Origin: a virus | Taxonomy: Duplodnaviria; Caudoviricetes | Virus record (IMG/VR): IMGVR_UViG_3300023060_000001 | Location: 32,001 to 96,000 of that record | Strand: one strand, 5' to 3' | DNA: 64,000 bases | Shown: positions 26,614 through 37,800 of the stretch, piece after piece | Layout: each line of letters opens with the position of its first letter | How positions within the stretch are numbered: position 1 is the stretch's first letter | Made by a program: the position numbers and the translations under genes | The notes under the pieces: model-generated | What the model was told of the DNA's origin: nothing | Database searches by the model: none | The model's input: only the letters and a program-made list of their open reading frames with translations

Positions 26614-27894
26614 TTAAAATTCTATATCGTAAAAACAATTATCTCGTTTACCTAAAACACTTTCCCATGCTTCTCTCATAATATTAATTAGTAAATCTCT
26701 ATCCCCCACCTGAACAACAAAACTGTCATGCCAAGGAAGTATACATTTACCAAGTTTTATAAACTTATCAATAATGAAGGATGCAATTTCAGAATCATAG
26801 TGCTGCAACACTGCCCATAGTTTCTCTTTCCCAAACCAATGAGATATTTCCTTATTCTTCTCAAGAAGCCTTTCGAATATCTTATTTACTGAACCCTTAG
26901 GTAACTTTAAACTCGGTATTACCCTATTTTCCTTATTTTTATCATCACAGAAATATTTAAACAAAGCTGATTTAGCTTTACCTGTAGTCTCACAGTTAAG
27001 TAAGCACATAAGAGCAAACTTGCTTAATATTCTTGATTCCTTTTTACAACCTCCTGTGATGTCTGAAATATCCGTGTATGGTTCCCAATTCATAGGTTTT
27101 TTAATACCATCCAACTCCATTAATATTCTAGGGTGCATTTGCCTGAAATCTACTTCTGTGACCTTAACTCCATTTATAGTTATAAAAGGTCTTAGTAAAG
27201 AGCTGGTTGTTTGAAAAGAACCGTGGCTATACCAACGACCATGTAAATCAAGTAGATCAGTGAATACTCTTTTATATACAGCAGAAACTCGATGGGACTT
27301 ACACCTTATATCAAACTTCAAAAGCATCTCATTGTACTTCTTTACTAACTCCCTTTTATTTTTAATACCTTTAAGTTTACTGAGTTCCGTTATTATTTCC
27401 TTTGTTTTAGAATCTTTTAATTCTACATAAGTTTCTATAGGTAAAGGTCTCCCTACCTTATCTATATTAATTCTATCAAACAAAAGTCTTAATTTATCGT
27501 TTATAATAAAACAGCTTTTTAAGCTTAAACTCTCGCTGTGGTCATAAAACCCTTTGTAAAGAGTTATGTAACCTAAATCATCAAGCTTATCGATTATACG
27601 CTTACACTTAACGTAACTGATCTTACTGTTATTTAATTTATTGGCTTTTGTGTAGTCCTCTTTCCTCATAGAGAATATACTACCAGATAAATTATTCTTT
27701 ATAGGACTTACTGCAGCAGTTATAAAAACCCACAATTCCTTTTTGTGATTACTAGGGAAATACTTACTCAATTCATTATGGACAGGTTTAAGTTTATTGT
27801 CTTGAGTAAATCCTATATAGAATGGGTCACATCCTATCGTTATTAATGTTCTCTCCTCTATTGAGAGATCTTTTAAGTTTATCATTACATTCAC
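26614..27894 (-). CDS. Minimal family-A/T7-RNAP-related polymerase (TV-Pol-like)
   Basis: HGRWY; motif A EVDFRQMHPRIL; motif B R...K; motif C LPWHDSF; no exonuclease domains. Confidence 0.65.
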   Translation of the reverse strand: MNVMINLKDLSIEERTLITIGCDPFYIGFTQDNKLKPVHNELSKYFPSNHKKELWVFITAAVSPIKNNLSGSIFSMRKEDYTKANKLNNSKISYVKCKRIIDKLDDLGYITLYKGFYDHSESLSLKSCFIINDKLRLLFDRINIDKVGRPLPIETYVELKDSKTKEIITELSKLKGIKNKRELVKKYNEMLLKFDIRCKSHRVSAVYKRVFTDLLDLHGRWYSHGSFQTTSSLLRPFITINGVKVTEVDFRQMHPRILMELDGIKKPMNWEPYTDISDITGGCKKESRILSKFALMCLLNCETTGKAKSALFKYFCDDKNKENRVIPSLKLPKGSVNKIFERLLEKNKEISHWFGKEKLWAVLQHYDSEIASFIIDKFIKLGKCILPWHDSFVVQVGDRDLLINIMREAWESVLGKRDNCFYDIEF

Positions 27895-28027
27895 CTTCGT
27901 TATTTAGGTTTATATTGTTAATCATAATGTAATTCACACATGCTAGTATAAAACTAGGTCTAGATCTATAACCTCTATATTTATCGATATACTCCAATAA
28001 GGGACGGGGTATTATAAGTTTAAGCAT
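27827..28027 (-). CDS. Ribbon-helix-helix-like DNA-binding protein
   Basis: LKLIIPRPLLEYIDKYRG..SRPSFI pattern. Confidence 0.5.
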   Translation of the reverse strand: MLKLIIPRPLLEYIDKYRGYRSRPSFILACVNYIMINNINLNNEGECNDKLKRSLNRGENINNDRM

Positions 28028-28131
28028 AGTAATAATCCTATGTAATTATAGACAGAGTATCATATGGTTCGCTAAGAGGAAATTTAGACTTATAAAACTC
28101 CTCTACAGCCCATAACATACAAGGTTTTAGC

Positions 28132-28374
28132 TCAATCTATGAAATTCTCGAAGGTCGGATCGGTTGAGCAAATAATAGACAAATTACCCCCTAAACATTT
28201 TATAACATCTTCTATCACATTAACACTCACAGATGTACCATCTCTTTTTAAAATAGACACTAATTGTGACCTGTGAAATGCTCCTTCTCCTTTATCTAAT
28301 ATCTGGTCATATGTTAGATTTTTATCCTTTTTCAAAGTTATAACTATATTGCAAAGTTGCGTTTTGATACTCAT
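28132..28374 (-). CDS. XRE-like helix-turn-helix protein
   Basis: KNLTYDQI..RSQLVSIL..VSVNVIEDVIKCLG; own promoter near 28396-28424. Confidence 0.6.
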   Translation of the reverse strand: MSIKTQLCNIVITLKKDKNLTYDQILDKGEGAFHRSQLVSILKRDGTSVSVNVIEDVIKCLGGNLSIICSTDPTFENFID

Positions 28375-28456
28375 ATATTCTCCTATTTAACTCTATTATA
28401 CCAAGAAACTTAGTATATGTCAACAAACATGGTATACCCACCCTGCAATACGTATA

Positions 28457-29329
28457 CTACCCTCCCCTAACCCTAGACGAAATATACCTACAGGGACAAT
28501 AAGTACTCACCTCATCTAAAACCCCTTCATCAAATTCTCCCATAGTACAACCATGATCGTGTATCCCCGTTGGGTTCCTTGTATCCAATACGGTTATCTT
28601 AGTAGGATCATAACTCCACAACAAGTACCTACCACCTCTACAATAAACGTATTGATGGAAGGATGTGTTATGTTTATAGGATATCGCCCTTGTTCCATAC
28701 CTACCCATCATTCCTCCCCAAAAACATCCTCGCAATCTTTCATAATTTTCTCATTCTGTTTATCAATAAGAACCTTTGTATGAAATACACCCGCTAATAC
28801 AAAGACCAAATGTATTACTAAGAACACTGGTTCAAAGAAACCCGCCACCAACACCCCAATACCTGCTAAAAAGAAATCCCATTCCTTAATGATCGCATAG
28901 TGTAAGTATAAACCTCCTAGCAAGGCACCTCCGATATATGCCCAACCGTATCCCACTTTACGTGAATTGTATTCTAATTGTGCTTTAGTAGTTTTCTTCA
29001 TTGTATTCTCCTATTTTACCGTAAGGTTTTGTCATGTAGTCTCTGATATTAAAATTAACATCTGTACAGTAGTTATGCCAATCACTATCCTCTGTTAATA
29101 ATTCGTTGTCAAGTATTTTACAAGGTATTCCGTACTCTTTCATATAAAGCAAAGCCCCTTTGCAAGGTTTAGATGGATCATCGTGACAAGCCCAAGTTTT
29201 ACCGTGACTAACTCTCATTTCCACTATATCCGCTGGAGAAGGAAGACACCCGTAATTCTGAACTATCTCACTCGCTTCATTAAAGGCAAAAGGACAAGCT
29301 CCTTCTGCATTACACTCTTTGTTACACAT
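28457..29329 (-). other. Three hypothetical genes (28457..28735; membrane protein 28708..29001; Cys-rich 28985..29329)
   Basis: Overlapping ORFs with RBSs behind the divergent promoter. Confidence 0.6.
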
Positions 29330-29364
29330 AATATTCCTTCTAATTAAACATTTTCATAATGTGA

Positions 29365-29433
29365 GGTACACTTTATACATATAATTCACTTGTGTCAACC
29401 CTAATTGTAAAATTTATTATATTCTGTTATAAT
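29365..29433. promoter_or_regulatory. Divergent sigma70-type promoters at the strand switch
   Basis: Minus-strand TTGACA near 29393-98; plus-strand TTGTAA..TGTTATAAT at 29405-29433. Confidence 0.6.
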
Positions 29434-29493
29434 ACCTCTTATGGATGCAATTCTGTATCCTGTCACAAAAACAACACTTTAAGGAAAAGATAA

Positions 29494-29889
29494 ATGAGTC
29501 CAGAAGCTGCCTTATTTGGCTTCAAATACCTCTTTTATATTGTTTGTGCAATCTTCGCTGTATTGTGGGGAGGGTTATTTCATTATGTCAAAAAGGATAA
29601 GGACAAACTGGATAACACTTACACAAAGACTGAAACTGATAAAATGATAGAACAGAATAAGTTATCTATCCAGCAAGAAATGGATGCTCGTTATGAAAAG
29701 TTGTTAGTAACCATTGAAAATGCACTATATCAGCAAGCAGAAGATCGTAGGACAAATTCAGAGGGTCGTAGAGATTACGATTATAAATTAGATACGATAC
29801 TAAACACTGTTAACAAGTTAGCTACTGATGTGGCAATCACTAATAACACAATCATAAACTTAGAAAAACGTCTAGATAAGGAAAAGTAA
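29494..29889 (+). CDS. Membrane-anchored coiled-coil protein (holin-like)
   Basis: One N-terminal TM segment plus a coiled coil. Confidence 0.5.
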   Translation: MSPEAALFGFKYLFYIVCAIFAVLWGGLFHYVKKDKDKLDNTYTKTETDKMIEQNKLSIQQEMDARYEKLLVTIENALYQQAEDRRTNSEGRRDYDYKLDTILNTVNKLATDVAITNNTIINLEKRLDKEK

Positions 29890-29890
29890 T

Positions 29891-29992
29891 ATGCCCACTT
29901 TGTTACCACCACCTGATAAACAACCACCTGTTGGTGGAGGAAAACCAAAAGACCCTAAACCGAAAGACAAAGACGAAAAAGAAGTTAACTAA
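29891..29992 (+). CDS. 33-aa Pro/Lys-rich peptide (MPTLLPPPDKQPPVGGGKPKDPKPKDKDEKEVN), not in the ORF track
   Basis: AAGGA RBS; fills the gap exactly; TAATG overlap with the next gene. Confidence 0.65.
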   Translation: MPTLLPPPDKQPPVGGGKPKDPKPKDKDEKEVN

Positions 29993-30492
29993 TGGTGACT
30001 ACTGAGTGGACGACTTTTCACGTAGGCTATTATGAAATTATATTCTTTGTCTTACTGTTTGCACAGGAACATTTTAAAGATTTCGTATCTACTATATGTT
30101 GTCTACTCATGAGTTATTTGAGTAAATCGGTTCCTTTATACTTCATGGTAAATTACGATTGTACTTACTATGAAGCAGTGATGTTTTATGAAGCAATAAT
30201 ATATTGCTTTTCTATTATGATATTAGGGTCAAGAATAGGTGTTATGCTTTGTTGGGTATCCTCTATATCATTTTTTGTTAATGCTGTAGGGTGTTTCATG
30301 CCCTTACACAGTTTCTACGTTTACTACAAAGAGACTTACGTTTTTTGGAATGTATTCATGTTCGAAATTTTAGTTTGGACATGCTTAATAAATTCCAAAT
30401 GGAAACCTCACATTGTAAAATTTGACAAGTCAATCAAGCAGAAGATAGAGAAATTTTTCAGTAGATGGGGTGTTGGAGGAAAGATAAAATGA
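29992..30492 (+). CDS. Polytopic membrane protein
   Basis: About 4-5 hydrophobic segments. Confidence 0.65.
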   Translation: MVTTEWTTFHVGYYEIIFFVLLFAQEHFKDFVSTICCLLMSYLSKSVPLYFMVNYDCTYYEAVMFYEAIIYCFSIMILGSRIGVMLCWVSSISFFVNAVGCFMPLHSFYVYYKETYVFWNVFMFEILVWTCLINSKWKPHIVKFDKSIKQKIEKFFSRWGVGGKIK

Positions 30493-30983
30493 TAGAAGGT
30501 TTACTTACACTTCTGGCAAGTCCTGTTCTTGGAAGTATCTCGGGAATGATAGGGAATTGGATTCAGAAGAAGCAAGAAATAGAGATTATAAAAGAGCAGA
30601 ACAATCAACAATATAAGATGTCCATGCTCAATAGTGAGAATAAACGGAGAGAATTAGATGCCCAATCTACTGCAGACGGAAAGCGTTTAGATGGAGAGGC
30701 TTTTGTAAAAGCACAAGATGCACCAAAGACAGGATGGGCAGCAGGGTTAATGAGCGCCGTGAGAGTGCTTGTGACGACATATCTACTTATATTCATGTCC
30801 TACTTAGCTTATCAGGTGAATACACTTGTAGGGGGCTTAGAGACACTTCCTTTGGATGTATTGATTGACATGTACGGACAGATTATATTCAGCATAATTT
30901 ACCTCACTATTACAGCAATCACCTTCTGGTTTGGTCAAAGACCTTCTCAAACATTTAGAATGATTGGAGCACCAAAGTCATGA
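30489..30983 (+). CDS. Putative 3-TM holin (GTA-holin-like)
   Basis: LMSAVRVLVTTYL...AITFWFGQR pattern. Confidence 0.6.
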   Translation: MIEGLLTLLASPVLGSISGMIGNWIQKKQEIEIIKEQNNQQYKMSMLNSENKRRELDAQSTADGKRLDGEAFVKAQDAPKTGWAAGLMSAVRVLVTTYLLIFMSYLAYQVNTLVGGLETLPLDVLIDMYGQIIFSIIYLTITAITFWFGQRPSQTFRMIGAPKS

Positions 30984-31222
30984 CATTTTCACAAAAGATA
31001 AAAGAGTACAGAGTTTTCAGTATTAGTGCATGTTTATTCATATCTTATATGTTTTATCATATTGTAATGTGGATCACAAGATTTGGTTTGGAAGAATTAC
31101 AAGCTTTGAGTGCAGGGTCTGGTGTTGCGATCAGTGGTATATTTGCATCAATAGCAGCTACGTACAAATTTACCTATGAATTTAGTAGGAATAAAGAAGA
31201 ACACCAGAAGGAAAAAGAATAA
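30980..31222 (+). CDS. Small 2-TM membrane protein (holin-like)
   Basis: Two TM segments and a charged C-terminus. Confidence 0.5.
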   Translation: MTFSQKIKEYRVFSISACLFISYMFYHIVMWITRFGLEELQALSAGSGVAISGIFASIAATYKFTYEFSRNKEEHQKEKE

Positions 31223-31974
31223 TGGCGTATGAATACGAAAAGTTGAGATGGGCTTCTGTTAATGAGACAGATCCTATTTCGGGGGAGAATAACAAAAGTG
31301 AGCCTCCTGCACAAGTTAAATCAAGTGGTTTAAAACGTTACCAAGCAGAACCTCGTCAATGGAATAACTATTTAAAAGCAGAAGTTTATAACGCAGTGAA
31401 GTCTTTGCAAGACCAGATCACTAATTTGACACAAGCTAACACTGATAACCAAGCATTGTTACAACTAATGTATAATGTTGGTGATGTGTGGATGACCCAG
31501 ACGGGAGATAATCCTGCTGATAGGTTTGGATTTGGTACATGGGAGAAAGTTCAAGGTAAGTTTATTGCCACTTCGAGTGACACTGATTCTACTTTTAGTC
31601 CTGTTGGTAAAACTGGTGGTAGTAAGACCCATACCCACAGTAATAATTTTACAGTACAAGGGCATACACTTACAGAAGCACAAGTACCAACCTATGCACA
31701 TAGCCATGATTACAGAGATCGCTATTATGCAGAGGATAGCAGTAATACTTCTTCATCGCCTTACCGAGAATTAATGCCCTCTAGTTATAATAATAATAGA
31801 GGTGCGGGTGACAGTGATACAAATAATATCTACTGGTTATATTATGACACTACTACAGAAAGTGATACTTTTGGTGGTGGTGGAAGTCACAATCACGGAT
31901 TAAGTGGCGGTGTTTCTACTGCAACAACATTACCTCCATATGAAACATATCATGTGTGGAAAAGAACAGCTTAA
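31222..31974 (+). CDS. Baseplate/short tail fibre protein
   Basis: YNVGDVWM..NPADRFGFGTWEK..GGSKTHTH..LPPYETYHVWKRTA. Confidence 0.75.
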   Translation: MAYEYEKLRWASVNETDPISGENNKSEPPAQVKSSGLKRYQAEPRQWNNYLKAEVYNAVKSLQDQITNLTQANTDNQALLQLMYNVGDVWMTQTGDNPADRFGFGTWEKVQGKFIATSSDTDSTFSPVGKTGGSKTHTHSNNFTVQGHTLTEAQVPTYAHSHDYRDRYYAEDSSNTSSSPYRELMPSSYNNNRGAGDSDTNNIYWLYYDTTTESDTFGGGGSHNHGLSGGVSTATTLPPYETYHVWKRTA

Positions 31975-31995
31975 TAAAATAAAGGAAATTAAATA

Positions 31996-34653
31996 ATGGC
32001 AATACAGATTAAAAACACGTACAGTGGACGTACAGATAACACTGACCCAAATTGGCCTTACGGTAAAGGTAGAAACGTTGTAGGTGGTGTTGAGGGAACA
32101 GGTACTCCATTTGAAGCAGATTGGTACAATAACCTAGAGGGGTTTTTGCAAGGTTTACTACTTGAAGCAGATATTACCCCTGATGGTGATGTGGATAATG
32201 CTAATAATAGTCAATTGGTGGATGCTGTTAAGGGGTTGGAGAAGTCCGCGGACAAAGTAATAACATCCGATGGCAGGAACGTTCAGGAAAGGTTGGATGA
32301 TCTACCTAGTGAGGTAGATGCTGCGGGAACTGCTGCAACACTTATACAAGACCACAACTCAAACGCAGGAGCACACCCTGAATTGAGTTCCTTTATAACT
32401 GCGGAGGCTGATAGAGCGGAGGTAGCGGCTGGTAGTGCATCTATAAAAGCAGATCTTTACGATGACACAACGGACGGAATATCTGGCACGTTAGAGGGTG
32501 AGCAATTTCAGGTTTTAAGTGAGGATAACTTGGAATACATTAGATACAGTCATGACGCTGGCGGTGTCGCTACAGAGATAGGTAGATATCCAAGCTCTAA
32601 TTATGTAAAAAACAGCCAAGAAACACTATACTCAAAATTCGTTACAGGCACCGTTATTACAGGATCGCTTGTTAGCTCGTTATCTGGCGTTGTTTCTTCA
32701 AATTCAGACTACAACAGAACAGACTATATACCTATAGAGTCAGAACAGGCGTTTAGGTTTGAGGGTAGGGCGCTACTTCAATCTGGTATAGCTTTTTATG
32801 ATGAAAGTAAGGTGTTTATATCTGGTGTTCAAGCTCCAGTTTCTGGTGTTTACTCATCACCATTGGGAGCTAAATACTTGATAGCCTGCACAAACGTAAA
32901 TGAAAACCCATTACTAGAGGTATTAATTATCACTACTGGATCAAATAACTTTACCGTAAATGGAGAATCGCAAAAGGTACAATTAAATACTTTGAGTGAA
33001 TCTTTACTTGATCTTATAGATAAAACAACCGCTGATGATGGCGCAATTGCTGCTGACGGTTCTATAGCATCAACCACAGCTTACACTGTTACTGATTATA
33101 TAACCGTTGATGAAGATTCCTATATTGAATACACAGGCAGGACTGTGTCACCTTATCTTGGGGTTGCTTTATATGATAAAGATAAGCAGTTTATATCAGG
33201 TATCGCTAATAGTGGTGATGTTGTTTCGCTTCCAATAAGGACAGCGGGTGCGGCATATATTCGCGCTTGCTCCTCAAATAGCGCAGCCAATACATTTACC
33301 GTTAAAACTTTAAAGTACAATTACAATAAGCTAGTAAGAAGTATTTCTGAAAATGTAGATGACTTACTATTACCGGAAATAAATGTTGTTTCAGGTGCAA
33401 TATTAGAGGGTGGCTATCTTGATGCGAATGGCGATTTAGTTTCATCTTCTGCGTATGAAGCAACCGAGTACCTAGGCATAAATGGCAAATCAATATTTTA
33501 TTATACAGGCCGTGTAATATCACCAGCTTGGGCGATAGCTATTTATGATGAAAGTTTAACATTAATTGAAACTAAAGTTTTCTCAGGTGGTAACTATGAA
33601 AATCTTAAAGTTGAGATTGATAACGAAGATGCTAAATACATAAGAGCATGCTCATCTACAGGCAGCCCTGAACCGTTTGCACTAAGAACGCTTAGCTATA
33701 ATATATCAAGTGAATCAAAACCAGATATAAAGCTATTACCAATAAGCGCTACAGAGTTTGATGTTTACCAACTAACAGAAATTGGTGAGTATATAGTACA
33801 CAAATTCAAAAGAAGGGTTTTACCTGATTACTCAGAGGATGGTTGGTATTCTCAGTGGGTTTCCCATAATGGCGAGAATATAGCTCAAGGTAATTTTAAC
33901 TTTATACACAATATAGATAATGCTAATGAAAGCTCGTTTGTTGGTGTTGGTCATGGTTGTGAAACGTTTAGCTGGATTAGATTCTTTGTAGATGGGAAGT
34001 TATTTGATCCAGAAAATGACACAGCGCAATTAACTGGCGATAGGTTTCACTTTCAATTTTTAAGTGATATTTACACCGTTGACGATAGCGCAAGTCCTGC
34101 GGGTTTTGCGGTCGCAGCTTTGCCGCTTGAAGTTTCAACAAAACATTACATGGATTGCGAAATAACAAAGTACGGAATCAAAAGGTATAACAAGCTAATA
34201 TTACAAAGAGATAACATTATATTTAACCAGCTTATAGGTGCTATGCAGCAAACCGAGCAACCGCTAATAAACGATAGCTTGCTATACAATGCCGACGTGC
34301 CTTTTAGGATTTACTTTCCAGTTAGTAATGGTACGCCAGAGCCACTAGCGCCAGACACAACAACCATCGGTGGCAATTCCCTTGTAAATGGCGTTGATAA
34401 AGTTACGGCTTATGGCACCGGAAATGGTTATTCTTACGTTGTTGAGACTAAAGCTTGGAACGCTGATAACTCAAAGGCTAAAGATGCGTCAATTAGGTCG
34501 TGGACTGAAAGAACATCATCTAATAAGATGTATTTCTTCCCAGAGGTAACAAGCTACAACGCATCTACAGTAGGCAAGCTTGCAACACAGTTTAACTCGG
34601 GCGATGTTATAGAGTGTTATAGTTATACAAAATACGGAGTATCTAAACTTTAA
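31996..34653 (+). CDS. Tail fibre/receptor-binding protein with three internal repeats
   Basis: Myovirus fibre anchor (GTPFEADWYNNLEGFLQ..PDG.VDN...SQL); repeated T[DE]Y..G..[FL]YD...A.Y[IL].AC modules. Confidence 0.8.
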   Translation: MAIQIKNTYSGRTDNTDPNWPYGKGRNVVGGVEGTGTPFEADWYNNLEGFLQGLLLEADITPDGDVDNANNSQLVDAVKGLEKSADKVITSDGRNVQERLDDLPSEVDAAGTAATLIQDHNSNAGAHPELSSFITAEADRAEVAAGSASIKADLYDDTTDGISGTLEGEQFQVLSEDNLEYIRYSHDAGGVATEIGRYPSSNYVKNSQETLYSKFVTGTVITGSLVSSLSGVVSSNSDYNRTDYIPIESEQAFRFEGRALLQSGIAFYDESKVFISGVQAPVSGVYSSPLGAKYLIACTNVNENPLLEVLIITTGSNNFTVNGESQKVQLNTLSESLLDLIDKTTADDGAIAADGSIASTTAYTVTDYITVDEDSYIEYTGRTVSPYLGVALYDKDKQFISGIANSGDVVSLPIRTAGAAYIRACSSNSAANTFTVKTLKYNYNKLVRSISENVDDLLLPEINVVSGAILEGGYLDANGDLVSSSAYEATEYLGINGKSIFYYTGRVISPAWAIAIYDESLTLIETKVFSGGNYENLKVEIDNEDAKYIRACSSTGSPEPFALRTLSYNISSESKPDIKLLPISATEFDVYQLTEIGEYIVHKFKRRVLPDYSEDGWYSQWVSHNGENIAQGNFNFIHNIDNANESSFVGVGHGCETFSWIRFFVDGKLFDPENDTAQLTGDRFHFQFLSDIYTVDDSASPAGFAVAALPLEVSTKHYMDCEITKYGIKRYNKLILQRDNIIFNQLIGAMQQTEQPLINDSLLYNADVPFRIYFPVSNGTPEPLAPDTTTIGGNSLVNGVDKVTAYGTGNGYSYVVETKAWNADNSKAKDASIRSWTERTSSNKMYFFPEVTSYNASTVGKLATQFNSGDVIECYSYTKYGVSKL

Positions 34654-34657
34654 AACA

Positions 34658-34686
34658 AAAACCCTCTTAACTGAGGGGTTTCTTTT
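34658..34686 (+). terminator. Terminator after the tail fibre gene
   Basis: AAAACCCTC/GAGGGGTTT stem plus U-tract. Confidence 0.7.
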
Positions 34687-34732
34687 GATTACACTATTAT
34701 TTAATTGTGTTAGAAAAAGATAAAAACAACCA

Positions 34733-34795
34733 TTGACAAAAAGTAAATCAACCTTTAAGCTCTTACCTAATCAAAAGGGTAAGAGCTTTTTTCTT
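34733..34795 (+). promoter_or_regulatory. Sigma70 promoter embedded in a terminator hairpin
   Basis: TTGACA-N17-TAAGCT; AAGCTCTTACC/GGTAAGAGCTT followed by a T-tract. Confidence 0.65.
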
Positions 34796-34834
34796 GCCTA
34801 AAATTTAATTCACCTTACCAAAAGGATAAAAATT

Positions 34835-37800
34835 ATGCCAAAAGTACACACTTTAAACAAAGCTTACTGGTTTTCAGATGAATCACTTCAACCAGAGGAA
34901 CAAATTGAGATCAAATGTTTCCTTTCGGATAATCCTGATTCTTGTGTGGAAGATTATATCCCTTTGCTAAAAGAGATTGCAGCTATAAAAGCAATGTTGG
35001 TTCAATTCAAAGCAATGAAAGATTATCCAAATGAGAATCCACTTCGATTATCTGATGGAGAAATTCACACAAGTATCTCTGCACACAAGGAAATGTTTAT
35101 CCGAATGTCAATTAACTCTTTACAAATTGAATTAGACCTTTTACAATCCACCCTAGACTGTAAGATGAAGGATATTGACTACGAAAAGGAGATCGAATCA
35201 ATGGAAGGTTTAGATGGATTAGAAAATTTAACAGAAGAGGATTTAATAGATGATTTATTTTAGTATTTTTGCAATAGTATTATACATTTTAACTAAGTCA
35301 GTAGGATTTATTTGGTCGGGAGTCGATGCTGTCAGACAAAGCAAACTTTCAGGTAAGAATCACTTACTCTTATCAAAAGGTTGGAGTACACTTTACCGAG
35401 AGGTGATACCTTTACCTGATAATTTAGATTATTTGTCAATAAATAAACTTTCGAAACAATCTTCCAATTTCGAAGGTACGTTACAAGTTTGGACAGAATA
35501 CCATTTTGCATTAGAGTTTTTGACAAGTTTAGAAATATTGCAGAATAATTTTCATCAAGAAGGTTATAAAAGTGTTGACATTGTTGTTCAAGAAGGTGAT
35601 ACTTTGAAAACAATAGGTTTCGATGACTACGTTAATATGATTTCGGATAATAGAGATGACCTCTATGAAGAAGCAATATTGATGGAAGATTATTTTCAAC
35701 ATTTACAATATGAGGAATTTGAAAATGAAGACTAAGTATTACACGAGGATAACACTTGCAGCAGAAGATGGTAGCTCATTGACATTAAGGGTGAACTTTG
35801 TTAGTGAGTATCCTGTCACTTTAGGGAAGGTTAAAGAACAAGCGTTCAATATTGCATCCACTTATGACATCAGTAGTGAGTATGTTAAAGTGGTTGATTA
35901 TACATTAGTTAAACAGGAGAAAATTTTATGATTGAACAATTACCAGAAATTGAAATAGTGTTACCAGAGTACCCAAACAATTTTACGAAGCATAACACTC
36001 GCCAGCGTAAGAAGATGAATATTCTCCAATACAGTGAAGCTATTGTGCAATTAATACTTCCTGTAAAGCACACAGAGGATGTTATTACATGGTGGGAAGG
36101 TGAATACCAAGCTAAAGGAGAAGAGTTCCTTGTGGAGGTGTTTACAGGCGGAGTTGATAAGCAGGGAAATCCTTGTCCCGTAGAGATAAACTTCTTATCA
36201 GAAACCCCTTTTTATAAAGTGAAAGATGGTAAAATCCCAAGTGTACAAGATGAGCCAGATATGTTTGCAATAAAAGCTATCTCAATGATCCCATCACACC
36301 TGCAGGATAAAGTGGTAAAGGTTAATATTTCAGATTGGGATTATGTCCCAGTTGAGGAAAATGAATATGATATTGAGGAAGTATGAAGATTTCAGGGAAA
36401 ATGGATGGAAATCTTATTTCAATGATGTCTCTTTCCCTGATGGTGATCCTCCTTACGCTAAAGTGATCTCCTACTTCCAAAAAAGAGTAAGAGAAGATGA
36501 TAACGGAGGGAGTTATCCTGAAAAGGAAGTGGTGTATGATTTGATGGTGAATGCTGATTGGTTGGTTTACAGGTTTAACCATACTATGAAATATAAACGT
36601 AATTGGAAAGAGAGTGACATTTATAAATTTTCAGCCTTACAGATGTATGTAAATGAAGTGGTGAATGGTGGTTATAAAAAGGCATTGATCACTCGTACAG
36701 AATTTGCTATGATTGCTGAAAAGAAATAATTCAAAAATAATAATTGAGGAGAGAAGATTGGAACATATTACAAATGAAGGGGTTACATATCAACCAGAGG
36801 AATACTTTAAGCAGATGTTTGAGGATGAAGGGGATTTATCAGAATTTGTGCTACCAGAGGATGCATATTTAGATAATGATGGTGGGTATGTTTTCGAGGG
36901 AGACTTACAATGTATGCTGTTTTAAAAATAGGGGTGTTTTTGCAAAAGGTGTATTTTGCAAAAACATTGATCAGAGGAAAAGATCTACTTGTTGACATGG
37001 TGAATGATGACAGGGATGATTATCATGAATGGTGTTTGGTGAAAGTGGAAGATGAGTGCGAAATGGGTGATTGTCCTGTGTTGTACTCTTTGAAAAAGCC
37101 TGTCAATCATGAAAAGGTAGGGGATTTCACACATTATCACAGGGTGAAGATTGGGGATTTGGTTTTGGAGGAACAGGTATGAAAATTGAACATAAGCTAG
37201 TTAAAAGTATCAAAGTTTCAGAATTGGATTCACTTGACCCAATTGAAATACTTATTTCCGAATACGGAGAAGGTTCTGCTGATGTAACAATTAAATGTTA
37301 TGGTGAAAGCTGGACTTCTTATTGGGGAAGTATGGGTGGTAATGTTAAAGAGTTTTTCACTCGAACAAATGTAGGTTATTTGGTAAATTGTTTTGAAAGA
37401 GGTATTCGTGCTGATTCTGATGTGAAAGATACTTCTGCAATGCAGGAAACCTTTAGAAAGAAGATGAGAGAATATATACTGTATAGACGAAGAGAAGAAT
37501 ATATTTTACCAGAAGATGCTCGTAAAGCTTGGGATGAGGTTGATAATATTGATATGGAAGTTATTTCCCCTGAACATGATCATGAATGTTTTAATTGGAA
37601 TGTTGACCATTGGACAGTAGAATCTTCTGCGTGGAAGGTTTTATTTGGCGGTTATGGTATAGGTGATGAGTATTATGAAGAAGAGTTTTCACAATGGTTA
37701 TGGGAAAATGTACCTTTTGAATATGAACCAAATCACAATTATAATTATCTTTGCCGAATAGTGGAAGTTGTTAGAAAGGTTATTATGGAGGAAATTGAAT

